NCBI RefSeq assembly: GCF_964188315.1
Contig: NC_135668.1
Span: 55,056,001 to 55,120,000, forward strand
Source: Podarcis muralis
Lineage: Eukaryota
Direction: 5' to 3'
DNA length: 64,000 nucleotides
Below, piece after piece: positions 11,119 to 23,099 of this stretch. Positions within the stretch are counted from its first letter, which is position 1. Each line of letters opens with the position of its first letter. The position numbers and the translations under genes are program-made. The notes below the pieces were generated by a model. It was not told the DNA's origin, did not search any database, and saw nothing but the letters and a program-made list of their open reading frames with translations.

Positions 11119-13392
11119 GTAAAGATTGCCATCGTCTTCCAGCCAGTCCGTGGCCATGAAAGGCAAAGAGGCTCCCAGAGTGCTGGGAAGTGTTCCGGAT
11201 GGGTCCTGTCATGGCGGACGGCGGAAGAACCAGCAGGAGGCCGGCGCTGCGCAGACAGCAGGTGAGACAATGGAGGCCCTTCCTCGGCCGCCATTGACGG
11301 CTCCTTCTTTCGCCATCGCCCCTCGGCCGCCCCGTCCCGCCCTGGGCCACCGCAAGCCGCCACCCCGCCTTGCCCCACGAAACAAGAATAAACGGCGGAC
11401 AAAGGAAACCGGGATGGGGAAATATGGAGCTCCTCTCTCTGGGTTGCCTTTGTGGGCCTTTCAGATCGCATTTCGCAAAGCCAGCTCATTAGAAGCCCCC
11501 AGCTGGGCTCCTGCAGAGCGAGGTTAACGCCCCACGGCTGCCACCCACTGGCCCCTCCCCCCCGCAGGGCCACCATTTGCCGCAAAGCCACTCCGGCTCG
11601 GGAGGCGCCTTTCTCGGCAGGGGTGGGTGGGGGGAGCGCTGTGCCCAAATTTGCCGCCCTCCCCAGCCCCTTTCCTGGAGGTAATGTCCAAAGGCCTGCT
11701 TGGAGATCAAAGCCCCCAAGGGTTGTGGCAGGGTTGTGTGTTTGCTATTGTGATGGTGGGGGGAGGAGGGGGAGGGGGCGCTGGGTGACAGCGTCAGGAG
11801 GGCGGGGGGCGCGGAGGGAGCTCACCACTGTCCCCACTGCCACCACCACGCTTGTGAATGTCTTGGCACTAACATGACCCGCCTTGCACGATGGACACGG
11901 CAGGGAACGAAGCCTGGTGGGGAGAGGAAGAGGGGCTCCAAACTTCTCCAAACTAACACAGGGTGGTGGTGGGGTGTGTGTGTGAAAAGCAGAATTGCTG
12001 GAATCTGAGATCTGCCTGTCGGTCAGCTGCTCCCAGCAGGAGGCTCTGAGCACCTTGTGAACAGTCCAGCGGCTCTTGTCCTTGTCTGAAGCTCACAGAG
12101 GCTTTCTTTGCCAGTCTGGTGGAGACGACAGGCTGTCATTTTTCCTCCCCAAACCATGTGGCTGTGGGCTTAGGAGGAGGTGGGCACAAACTCTTTCCCA
12201 CCTGATGGAAATAGTGCCCAGCAATTTCTCTCCTTCTGCCGGATGTGAAAGCCGCCCGCCATGTATCTTGGATGGGGAGGAATCTCACAGATGGCAAAGG
12301 GAACGCCGTTGCGTCCCCTTCAAAGGGACATTCTAGGGCGATTGTTGCATTATTAGGTGAACTCAAAGAAGAAAATCTTTTAATCCACTGTGGCTAATCC
12401 AGTCTACTTTTGTTGGCCATGACACATTCAGCCCCAACAAAAGGTGCTTCAGGGTCGACACCGGCATACATAATGCATTTGTAACCCGGCTGCTCTGCTG
12501 TCGCAGCGGCAGATTGACAGGCTCCCCCCCCCGCCTCCACCGCCCCCTGGGGCTGGGACAGAGGCGCCGCCAAACTTTTATCAAGTTTTCATCTCTCGTT
12601 CCAAAGAGCTTTGCTTGGTGTGTGCAAGGAAATGAAGGACGCAGGGGGAATCGGCACCTCGCTTAAAGCGGAGTCCTCTCTCCCGCTGGGCTTGGCTGGA
12701 GCGCTCGAGGGTGGGCAGAGTGGGGCCCACATTGCCTTTTGCAGGAGCCGCCAACAGCTGGGAGAGGAGCCAGGGGGCCTTGCCCAAAAGGGACCCTGGG
12801 ATCTTGCCACTGGTGCCGTCAAAAGTCCAGCAGCCCCTTCCTCGCCGTCACTGCAGGGGGAGGCTGCCCATTCCCTGCCAAGCGCAGCACCACAGGCCTT
12901 CAGCACCAAAAGGATTCAGGACACAGAGCAAGCACATTTTGGGCAGGGTGGGGGTAGGTGATAGTTGAGGGGGCTGCTGATCGGATTAAGCAGGGTGGGG
13001 GTGTTCACAGCCTGCGACCTGCCCCTCCTGGTCACTTGGGTCCCCCTGCCCCCCTTAAGCCACGAGGAAGTGCCATGGGCTGTGTGCGGCTTCAGAGTGG
13101 GCAGGAATAGGGCGGCACAGTCTGTCCTTCCAAAGGAAAGGGGCAGCTGCATCTTCCCTGGCAAGGGCTCAGGAGAGGGCAGGGAAGATGGTCCTGGGAA
13201 GAAATGTGAAAAGGGGGTGGGAAGAGGGAGAGCCTGCAACCCCCCCCCCCCCCGAGGCTGAGAGGAGGTATGAGGGGCAGAAGGAAGGCTGGAGAGCTCA
13301 GCTGAGCAGCAGAGGGAGCTTCTTGGTACCAAGGGTGCTTTCACTATGTTTGCTGTACCTTAAATGCTACCAGATTTTATTACAGCAGACGA

Positions 13393-13529
13393 AGCTGTTC
13401 TCAACCTGTGGGTCCCCAGATGTTGTTGGACTAAAATTCCCATCATCCCTGATCTCTGGCCTTGCTAGCTAGGAGTGATGGGAGTTGTAGTTGAACAACA
13501 TCTGGGGACCCACAGGGTGAGAAAGGCTG
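13393..13529. mobile_element. Palindromic hAT-type MITE
   Basis: Inverted ends ttctcaacctgtgggtccccagatgttg / caacatctggggacccacagggtgagaa. Confidence 0.75.
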
Positions 13530-15039
13530 CAGCAAGAGGCTTTTGGAGGTCCATTTCACCAGAGGAATATCATCATCATCATTTTATTTGTATGTCGCCT
13601 TCTCACAGTTAAAACAATGCTCAAGGCGGCTTACAACATGATGAGATTTACATAACGACCAAGATAACAAAAGTCATAAGCAATAAATAAAACACATCCA
13701 AAGGCACACAACCAAATGGAAAACATTTCCACATAAATCATAAAATCCAAAACTAAAAAAACATTAATATTAATAACAATTTAAAATGACATAGAGAAAA
13801 AATACATGCAGATGTGGATGGCTCCCAGCCAGGAGGGCTCTGCTGTGGCTCCACAGCTGGGAGCTGCAATCCTCCTGAATCGCAGCGGCTGGAAAGCGCT
13901 GGAAGGGAGAGGGGAGTTGGGCTCAGGTCCTGCGCTGGGACTTCTGGTTGAGAACAGGATGCTGGGCGAGGTGAGCCATGGGCCTGATCCAGCTGCAGGC
14001 TCTCCTTCTGTTCTTAGGCACAAAGTGTTACTCTCAATGGCAGGTAAATATGATTAATATCAATATTCAATTCACACCCCACCATTGCTCCCAAAGGAGT
14101 CCAGGGCAGTCAACATAGAACTGGAAACCTCCTAAAAACTTCAGAACGTTCACTTTTCTCCCCACCAATGATTTCAGGGTTGCCAGGATCAGTATCTCTC
14201 AGCCATCAAACGCATCTCTCTCGTCCCAGCAGCGCTTTCAGGGCCAGTGACAAAGACATTATTTGGAGGTGGGGGGCATCCCACAGACACCCCCCTAACT
14301 GTGGGGGTGCTGCTGCTACTGTGCAAAGTGCCCCCCTGCCCGTGTGCAAGATTTGGGCTTAGTGGGCTGACTTGTTTTGCTTACACTAGGATCTCTTCAA
14401 TTTTAAATGCATGAGTACGAAGTATCTCTAAATAGCTATGAGGTGAGAAGGTGCCTCAGGATGAGGCCTGGCCATCCTGGCCTTCTTTTGAAGCTGCCCC
14501 CACCCCGATTCTGTAGAACGCTGCTTGGTTTTGCTCCCACATTTCTCTGTGTGCATGAATGCCCCCCACCAGCACAGGTTGGTGAGGAAGTTCCTGTGAA
14601 CCTTCTGTCTCCCCGCTCCTTTGACCTTGCATGGGTATCCTTGTATAGCCCAAATCTCTTGCACTGCTGCTGATGCCAAGGGGCACTGATTTATGGGGTA
14701 GGGGAGCCACTGAAGGGCACAGTGGCTTCTTGCTCTTTTCAGTGTTTGGGGAGGGGAGACAGGTGGGTTAATGCTGTGCAGAAAGGGGCTGGGAACAGAT
14801 CTAGTGTATTTCCAAGATGTTCCCAAAGGGCTGGCAGGGCTTGTGATGGGTGATGCCACAAATGATGATGTAGAAGGGCACCAAGGCAGTCCAGCCGCCA
14901 CACTTGCCAGGGATCTGTGGCCCACGGAGACAGACATTGCAAGTCTACCTCCCGGTCAAGGCGCTCAGAGGTGTTTTGGAGACTAATAAAGAATAACTGA
15001 GGCGATCTGTTATTTAAACAGACTTTTATTGTTTATTGT

Positions 15040-15245
15040 TTGGATTTCTATCACGTTTCCTCTGAGCAGCTACAGGTGGTGCACGTGGTCCCCTCTGCAA
15101 CGTTTTAACCTCACAAGAACCCTGAAAGGTAAGTCAGGCAGAGGGAGGCAGTGACCAGGCCAACGTCCCCCACTGTGCTTTGATAGCTGGGCGGGGAATC
15201 CGAACCCTGGTCTCCCAGGTCCTGGTCCAACACACTGCTATAGCG
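15040..15245 (-). mobile_element. tRNA-derived SINE fragment
   Basis: Reverse-complement B-box ggaatccgaaccctgg and cctcacaagaaccctg core. Confidence 0.55.
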
Positions 15246-15829
15246 CACAGTCTCTGTGACCTCTCCATCTGTCTCTGCTGTGTGCTGGGGATCTGCTGAA
15301 GCTGCTGGGTGGAAGGGAGATGCTTAGAAAATGCTTTTAAATGTCCTGGGAGAAGAGGAAAGTGTCTGGCCGCCGTGGCATCACTGTTGGTCCCACCCCC
15401 CACCTTGCCCCTCTTTGCACCTTGGGGCAAATGGGCCCTTGGAGGGCCTCTGCAGCAGACCTTCATGTCTGCATGGGCAACTGGAGAGAGAGAGAAGCCA
15501 CACACCGTTTAGGATTTTCTCTGTAGGCGAAACTCATCACCTGGAATGGAGCCCACAAAAGAACCTGCAGCCTGTGCTGGGTTGGGGTCATGGGGTCCTT
15601 TCCCCCCGGCTGAAGGAGGCCGATTGTTTTCAGAGACATGAACCCCCCCCCCAACCCTTCGCTGCAGGTATGCAAGAGGACAGCTTCTCTTAAGGTAATA
15701 GCAATCTTTGTATTTAATTATTTGTAAGCTGCTCTTTCATGATGAATGTGACCTGGTCAATGCAATAAAACCAGTAAAAACGTCACTAGCATTTCAAGGA
15801 ATGGATTGGTGCAGTGGCACCTTGGTTCT

Positions 15830-16240
15830 CAAACTTTTTTTAAAAAATACATTTTTATATGCTTTTTTAACATATCATTTCCAACAGTCATATAACATAA
15901 CTTTTCATCTTATACAATGTTTTAGACTTCCATCCACACCTCTGATGATTTTTCGTTCTTTATCACTTATTCTGCACTTCTTAATTTCACTATTACTCTT
16001 AATTGTCATTAACTAATAATTCTCATAGTCTTCCTTGCAATATTTTGAATATTCCTCCTTACAAAACTTCTTGCAGTCCTACTAGCGTAATCTGTTCAGT
16101 ACAATTACTTTCCAAATAGTTTGTGTATTTACTCCAGTCTTCTAAGAATCTCTGATCCCCCAGGTTTTGAATCCTTCCAGTTAATTTATCAAGTTCTGCA
16201 TAGTCCATCAATTTCATCTTCCATTCTTCTTTCGTTAAAC
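15830..16240 (-). mobile_element. L1/Tx1-type LINE 3' fragment
   Basis: Minus strand encodes an EEWKMKLMDYAELDKLTG-like ORF2 end; same family as 56830-57300. Confidence 0.6.
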
Positions 16241-16242
16241 TT

Positions 16243-16446
16243 AATCCGTTCCGGGAGTTCCTTCGACTCCTGAAACCGTTCGAAAACCGAGGCGTGGCTT
16301 CCTATTGGCTGCAGGAGCTTCAGCGGAAGTTGCGTCGGATGTTTGGCTTCCGAAAAATGTTTGCAAACTGGAACACTTATGGGTTTGCGGTGTTTGGGAG
16401 CCGATTTGTTTGGGAGCCAAGCCGTTTGAGTCCCAAGGCACCACTG
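16243..16446. mobile_element. Tc1/mariner (Tigger-like) MITE, truncated
   Basis: Ends ccaaggcaccactg|TA; inverted homolog of 38795-39025. Confidence 0.65.
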
Positions 16447-16699
16447 TACAGAAAAAGCTCACATTCCGATGGTCTGTGTTAACAGCACAGTTTTTAGATC
16501 TCGAAGGAAGCGGGCAGTGCCTCCCGCTGGACTTGAGGGGTGCAGGTGCCCCCCCACGCCCCCCACCCACTTCAGATGGGCTGGGTGCTGCCTCCTGCCA
16601 GCAGCCATCTACCATCACGCGAGAGGCAGCGGACCTGGGAGACCCGGGTTCAGATTCCCCACTCGGCCAGTGCTTTCCCCCCAGGGGTGCTCAAGAGCA

Positions 16700-16930
16700 C
16701 GCAGTAGTGGCACCTCGTTGTTGTTAATAAGATTGGCACTCACTGTACTGGCACCTATTTTGCCAGAGAAAAGCTCGGCCATTGGGCGCAGGGGGTGACC
16801 TTGGGGACAGTGCCTGCCTCTCAGCCCAGCTTACCTCACAGGGTTGTTGTGAGGGTGAAACAGGAAGAACAACATGCATGCAACCTGGAGCTCCTTGGAG
16901 AAAAAGGTGGGAAGTGCAGTATATAGCCAT
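16700..16930 (+). mobile_element. tRNA-derived SINE
   Basis: Core cctcacagggttgttgtgagg...gagctccttggagaaaaaggtggg. Confidence 0.6.
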
Positions 16931-17629
16931 GGCCTGTCTGCCATTTTCATAGGAAAGTGGGGCTTTTGCTGGGTGCTACAGTCCCACAGCTGGGGGATTC
17001 TCAGGCAGAGGATTGTGCTAGTACAGCAGAACTGTACTAGCAAATTTACACTCCCAATTATTTGTGCTGGCCTGTAATCATGTGTAGAATGCAGCTCGCT
17101 TTGTGTCTCTCTGTGTGTGTAATGTACTGCTGTATCATAGAAATATACCATAGTGGTTTACAACAATTTTATATTATTTTTATTTTTTACAACAATTTTA
17201 AACCTGACAGCAAAATCATAAAAGGTTGATGGCAAGGGGAAGCCAAAAACGAAAGGTTCCCACAGTTGGCTTCTCCTGCAAGGTGGTCTTCCATCCTTGC
17301 GTTGGATCAGCGGGAGGGTGGAGCACAGTCCGAGATGTCACTTTATTTACTTATTGAATTTATATAGCGCCCAGAGGTCTCAGGGCGCTTCACTTGTGTG
17401 ACGCAGGCCCAGAAATCCCTCAGGGGGAGATGGAGGGGGAGAGTCTTCAGGCGCTTCCTGTGTTTGCTGGACAAGCTTGCGGAAGCTGATTGAGTTGGGC
17501 CAGGTGACCCTCCCAACTCCATGATTCTCCTATGATGAAGGCGTGTGTGTGTCAGCCTGGCCACATGGGCCTCCGTGCCGCAGTGTGGATGGGGCTGGCT
17601 TGTTCCTTGGCTTGTGTGAACAGGCAGAG

Positions 17630-18484
17630 TTTCAGCTCACCAGTTTTTTGAACTCTGCTGAATGGTGGCTAACAGATTGAGGTTGAATCCTGACAAGACA
17701 GAAGTACTGTTTTGGGGGGACAGGGGGTGGGCAGGTGTGGGGGACTCCCAGGTCCTGAATGGGGCAACTGTGCCCCTGAAGGACCAGGCGTGCAGCCTGG
17801 GAGTCAATTTGGACTCACAGCCGTCCATGGAGGCGCAGGTCAATTCTGCGTCCAGGGCAGCTGTTTATCAGCTCCATCTGGTGTGCAGGCTGCCCATAGA
17901 CTGCCCCGCCAGAGTGGTGCATGCTCTAGTTATCTCTCTCTTGGACTACTGCAATGCGCTCTACGTGGGGCTACCTTTGAAGGTGACCCGGAAACTGCAA
18001 TTAATCCAGAATGTGGCAGCTAGACTGGTAACTGGGAGCAGCTGCCGAGACCACGTAACACCGGTCTTGAGAGACCTGCATTGGCTCCCAGTACATTTCC
18101 GAGCACAATTCAAAGTGTTGGTGCTGATCTTGAAAGCCCTAAACGGCCTCGGCCCAGTAGACCTGAAGGAGCGTCTCCACCCCCATCGTTCTGCCCAGAC
18201 ACTGAGGTCCAGCGCCAAGGGCCTTCTGGTGGTTCCCTCCCTGCAAGAAGTCAAGTTACAGGCCTTCTCGGTAGTGGCACCCGCCCTGTGGAACGCCCTC
18301 TTGTCAGATGTCAAAGAGAAAAACAACTACCAAACTTTTAGAAGACATCTGAAGGCAGCCCTGTTTAGGGAAGCTTTTAATGTTTGATTCTATTTTGAAT
18401 ATTCTGTTGGGTTATTGTATTTTAGTGTTCTGTTGGAAGCCGCCCAGAGTGGCTGTGGAAACCCAGCCAGATGGGCGGGGTATA
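17630..18484 (+). mobile_element. L2-clade LINE 3' fragment (RT C-terminal region and tail)
   Basis: ORF 17662-18387 (RLRLNPDKTEVL...LDYCNALYVGLP...LHWLPV) followed by a 3' UTR and (TAA)n tail; the same tail recurs at about 25100-25195 and 45145-45245. Confidence 0.85.
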
Positions 18485-18529
<45 letters not shown>

Positions 18530-18552
18530 TATTATTATTATTATTATTATTA
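18485..18552. repeat. (AAT)n(ATT)n microsatellite
   Basis: Direct reading; LINE tail. Confidence 0.9.
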
Positions 18553-19399
18553 CACCCACTAAGTGTCTAACACCCCTACTCCAAGGGGCAAACAGAAAAG
18601 GAGTTGCTTATTTCCTTTGGTTTCACCTGAGTTTATTTTTCTGGTAAGGGCTCTGTTGCTCTTTGATCCGAGGGGGGGAGCAGCTCTGAGGTTTGGAGTG
18701 TAAATATGTATAAATATGAACGTGTGTGGGGTGTGTGTCTCTCCTCTTCCCTCTTCTATTTAGGGGGGAGGTGAGACTGGGAGCCTGTCTCCTCTCCTAT
18801 TTGCTCCCCCGAGTTTGAAATCGGAAGCATTGAGTTTTTTAAAAGGTGGTCAAGCTGGTTTGTTTAATAAATAAAACCAAAAAAGTTGTTAAAAAACCCC
18901 AATTAACATAAATAAGTCAGACTGTGAAAAGAAAAGAAAAAAGCAGAAGCGGCTGCCTCCCGCCTCCCTGCGCTTGGCTGCTGCCTTCTATTTATTTGAT
19001 TTATACCGCCCTCCGTCAAAAAATATCTCAGGGTACTTTGCAAGATTTTTTTTAAAAAAAAGCTAGATCAAAAATGCAGAAACAGATAGCCCCGAAAGAA
19101 ATTTATGCAGAAATTTTTTATTTGATGGATATGATTTTGTATAAATTGTTGGTTCTTTTTTTTGTCTTTTTAAATTTTTTTCTGACCCTTACGTCTTCAT
19201 GTTTTCTTCTTTTGTATTTAACTCTTCTATCCTTATCTTTGCTGTACGTTTGTATTTTAAATCAATAAAGATTTACCATGATTTTTTAAAAAAAAAACCT
19301 AGATCAAAGATGCACAAATAGCCACGACAGAAGCAACAAAACAGTGAACTCAACCCCCCAAAATGAACGTATTTAAAAAGCTGTGGAATATTAATCGTC

Positions 19400-20200
19400 C
19401 CAAGGCCTCTTCTAGGACCCCGCGCCACGGGGCCCGGAGGGACACGAGGGGTCATCTAGTCCGACCCCGCGCCGCGCCGGTGCCCCAGAGAAAGCCTTCC
19501 TCGCTTCCGGTCCGCTCTCTCCCCGCCCCTGGCCGGCAGCAGCGCCGCCTAGTGGTCCGCGCCGGGCCTCGCCCTCCCCTGGCGTTGCTAGGCGACCTCC
19601 CCCGCGGCCCGCGTGCGCGCGCAGCCCCTTCCCTCCCTCCTCCCCTCCCTCGCTCGGCCTCCGGTTTCCCCGGCGCGGCCTGCGGGGGCGCTGGCGAGCC
19701 TCGTCCGTCTCCGGCGGCGGCGGCGGAAGGGAGCGCGAGGGAGGCCGGAGAGGAGGCCCAGGCCAGGAGGCGGAGAAGGCGGAGACCAGGAGCAGGACGA
19801 CGAGGCCCACCACCGGGAGAAGCGGCGGCGGCGGCGGCGCAGCGGAGCCCTCGGCCGGGGCGGCGGCGGCAGCGCGGATGATGGCGGCGGCGGAGTCCCG
19901 GGGCCGCCGGCCTTGCGCGGCGGCTTCCCGTCCGGGGCCGCGACCGTGGCTCGCCTCCTTGTCCCGGTGAGGGAGACAGACGGAGGGAGACGGGCCCGCG
20001 GCCTCCTGCGGGGTCGGGCGGCCGCCTTCACACGTGCCTGTCGCGTGTCGGGCCGGGCGGAGGGAGGGAGGAGGGTCCCCCCTCAGGAAGTGCCCCGTCG
20101 GACCCCTTTCCGCGGCCCACCCCCCGGGCGCCCCTCTCGGCGGGCCGGGTCCCCGCGAAGGGGTGGCTCCCTCCGGAGGGACCCCCCGGGGTCATCCAGC
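19400..20200 (+). promoter_or_regulatory. AXIN1: AXIN1 CpG-island promoter and non-coding exon 1 (donor at 19966)
   Basis: CpG island with GGC repeats and donor CCG|GTGAGG; the next acceptor ttgcag| at 20970 precedes the AXIN1 ATG; TSS not determinable. Confidence 0.7.
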
Positions 20201-21063
20201 CCACCCCCTGCCAGGCAGGAGTCTGTTGCACCCCAGCCTGAGACCCAGAGGCTCCTGCCCTCCCGAGGGAGCTGTCTTGCCACCCTTGGGGGGCGCACCG
20301 GCAGGGGGCTGGCTTTTCCCAGGGCAGCTGGCAATGGGGGGGACGGGGCGGCCCCTCAGCCCCCAGAGCCGGAGGAGTGGGGTGGCTGGGCTTCTTGGGC
20401 CCCCAAAGGCTCCGAGAAGGGCTTTCTGTCATACAATGGAATATAAAATGACTCTCCTGTGCTAGAGAGAGAGCTCTTACCTGCAAAGGATTGCCCATTC
20501 CCCTCTTAAGAGCCCTCCACGATACTTTGCACAAATAATATTTTCGGGAGGTTTCTTAAAAGCCCCCGCTGCATCGTTTTGCATCCCGGTGTGCTGTCAA
20601 AAAAAGCTACACTCGGTGTTGATTTCCCCCCTTTGGGCCTTTCCAGGATCAGGACCAGAAAGGGAACTTCGTTATCTTCTCTTATCTTTGCAGTGCATGA
20701 ATTGACAGGAAGTTATTAGGGGTTCGGGGGGGGGGGGCATTGCCCGTTTGAGGATGGGGAAAGGCGTGTGTGCTGCATTCAGGTCCTTTGCGTGGCTCAT
20801 TCGGGGCCCTTGGCTCTCTTAATTTGGGGGAGAAGATGCTCAGCTTCTTCCCTCTTTGCCCGACAAAGTCTTGCCTTCTTTTCCTCGGAGGAGCGGGCTG
20901 CAGGGCCTTGGGAAGGGTGAGCCTGCGAGCGTTGTGCTGCTTTCTAACCGTCCTTCTCCAACCTTGCAGCCGGCCGTGTGTCTTCCCCCTGGGGCAGGGG
21001 CTGCTGGGCCGCTGAGGCGTGGGCCGCCGTTCTGCTGCTGCTGCACCCGCGGATGCCGTCAAG

Positions 21064-21944
21064 ATGAGTGTGCAGGGCCAAGGTTTCCCTCTGGACCTTG
21101 GGGGGAGCTTCACCGAGGATGCTCCGAGGCCCCCGGTGCCAGGAGAGGAAGGGGAACTGGTTTCCACGGACCTGCGGCTAAGCGGCCATGGGTTCTACTC
21201 TGGGAAGTGCGATGCCATCAAAACCGAGACTTCCACGGCCACTCCGAGGCGCCCCGACCTGGACCTGGGCTATGAGCCAGAGGGGAGCGCTTCTCCCACC
21301 CCTCCCTACCTGAGATGGGCAGAGTCTCTGCACTCTCTGCTGGACGACCAAGATGGGATAAACCTCTTCCGGACCTTCCTGAAACAGGAGGACTGCGCGG
21401 ACTTGCTGGACTTCTGGTTCGCCTGCAGCGGCTTCCGGAAGCTGGAGCCGTGTGACTCCAACGAGGAGAAGAGGCTCAAGCTGGCCAAGGCCATTTACAA
21501 AAAGTACATTCTGGACAATAACGGGATTGTGTCGCGGCAGATCAAGCCGGCCACGAAGAGCTTTATAAAAGATTGCGTGATGAAGCAGCTGATCGACCCG
21601 GCCATGTTCGACCAGGCCCAGACGGAGATCCAGTCCATGATTGAGGAGAACACGTACCCCCTCTTCCTTAAGTCGGATATTTATTTGGAGTATACAAGGA
21701 CGGGTGGGGAGAGTCCGAAGGTGTACAGTGACCAGAGCTCAGGGTCGGGGACAGGGAAGTGTCTCCCCGGCTATTTGCCTACCCTTAACGAGGACGAGGA
21801 ATGGAAGTGCGACAAAGAGGTGGAGGAGGAGATGGCCGGCCGGGAGTCTGCTCCCTCCAGCCGGCTCACCCAGAAGCTCCTCCTGGAGACGGCCACGCAG
21901 CGAGCCACGTCGTCCAGGAGATACAGCGAGGGGAGAGAGTACAG
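21064..21944 (+). CDS. AXIN1: AXIN1 coding exon 1 (tankyrase-binding motif, RGS domain)
   Basis: [31 protein letters not shown]...[14 protein letters not shown]...; exon starts at 20970; donor AG|gtgaga; 881 nt coding. Confidence 0.97.
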
Positions 21945-22849
21945 GTGAGAGCTGCAGGTTGTCTCCGCGTGAGCGATGCTCACTTGCCCCACCATGTGCC
22001 ACCACCTCGTGGGGCAGAAGTCTGCTTCCGCCGGGTAGCAGGGCAGGATGTGGAGGCGCCCCCTGGTGGCTGGGGAAGAGCTGAAAGGGGTTACAGGCCC
22101 AGCACTTCCTCCTTTCAGCGGCTGAGATTTGAGCGAAGCTCATCCCCTGCCGTCTGCAAGGCTTGGCTGCAGCCCCTGCCTGAAGCTCCTGGCATTTTTA
22201 CTGTCCTGCCTAACTGCTCTTGCAACAATTTTGGTGAAGTTATCGATAGATGCATTGCTGGGAATTTCTCCAGAATTGGCCTCTGAGTCTCACACCGTCT
22301 ATTCCACCCCACCCCAACAACTTTGTTATAACCTAGAATAAGCTCTAAACTTATTAGAAGAACATAGCACATAAACTAGTAAGATTTTTTTTAAAAGATC
22401 CACTCAATCCAGATATCCCACGATCTACTTCCAGGCTCAAATTGCATTTTATTTTATTTGTCTCTCTTTGCCCCCCACCCAACCCCAGCATCAGCAGGTT
22501 CTAGAAACAGCAGGGGAACTCCAAGAAGTGCTTTGGCAGGTCCCCCCTCCCTCTTGCTAGGCTCTGGAGATAAGCTCTTCCACCCCCTTCGCCTATTGCA
22601 TTTACTGTCTTAGCAGTCTGGAGGGCAACAGCTGGATCTCATCGTCCCCCAAGCAAATTCCGCCCCTTGTTGCAGATGCTGGGAGCCTTCCGTTTTGAGT
22701 ACTGTTTTCATCTGGGTTTTGAGACAGGAATGTTGCATGCGAAACCGCAAGAGAAGGAGGCGCTCCTCTGATCTCTTGCTAGTTTACTCAGGAGGCTATG
22801 AAACGATCCCAGCTACTGGGCCTTCCTTGTGGAGTTTGAACCTCCAAGT

Positions 22850-23099
22850 CCGGGGTAGGCAACCTAAGGTCCGGGGGCTGGATGCGGCCCAATCACCTTC
22901 TCAATCCGGCCCGCAGACGGTCTGGGAATCAGCGTGTTTTTGCATGAGTAGAATGTGTGCTTTTATTTAAAATGCATCTCTGGGTTATTTGTGGGGCATA
23001 GGAACTCGTTCTTCCCCCCCCTCCAAAATATAGTCTGGCCCACCACATAGTCTGAGGGACAGTGGACTGGCCCATGGCTGAAAACGTTGCTGACCCCTG
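22850..23099. mobile_element. hAT MITE
   Basis: Imperfect TIRs CCGGGGTAGGCAAC / GTTGCTGACCCCTG; 8-bp TSD CTCCAAGT at 22842-22849 and 23100-23107. Confidence 0.9.

Noticed and set aside
17662-18387. 241-aa ORF that might be a host gene
   Set aside because: It is the C-terminal part of an L2 LINE ORF2 with its 3' tail.
19420-19470. Structured element at the edge of the AXIN1 CpG island
   Set aside because: Matches the reverse complement of the common CR1/SINE tail (ggactagatgacc); a degenerate repeat remnant.
19878-21064. N-terminally extended AXIN1 from the exon 1 ATG
   Set aside because: In frame, but terminated by TGA at 21013-21015; treated as a uORF.
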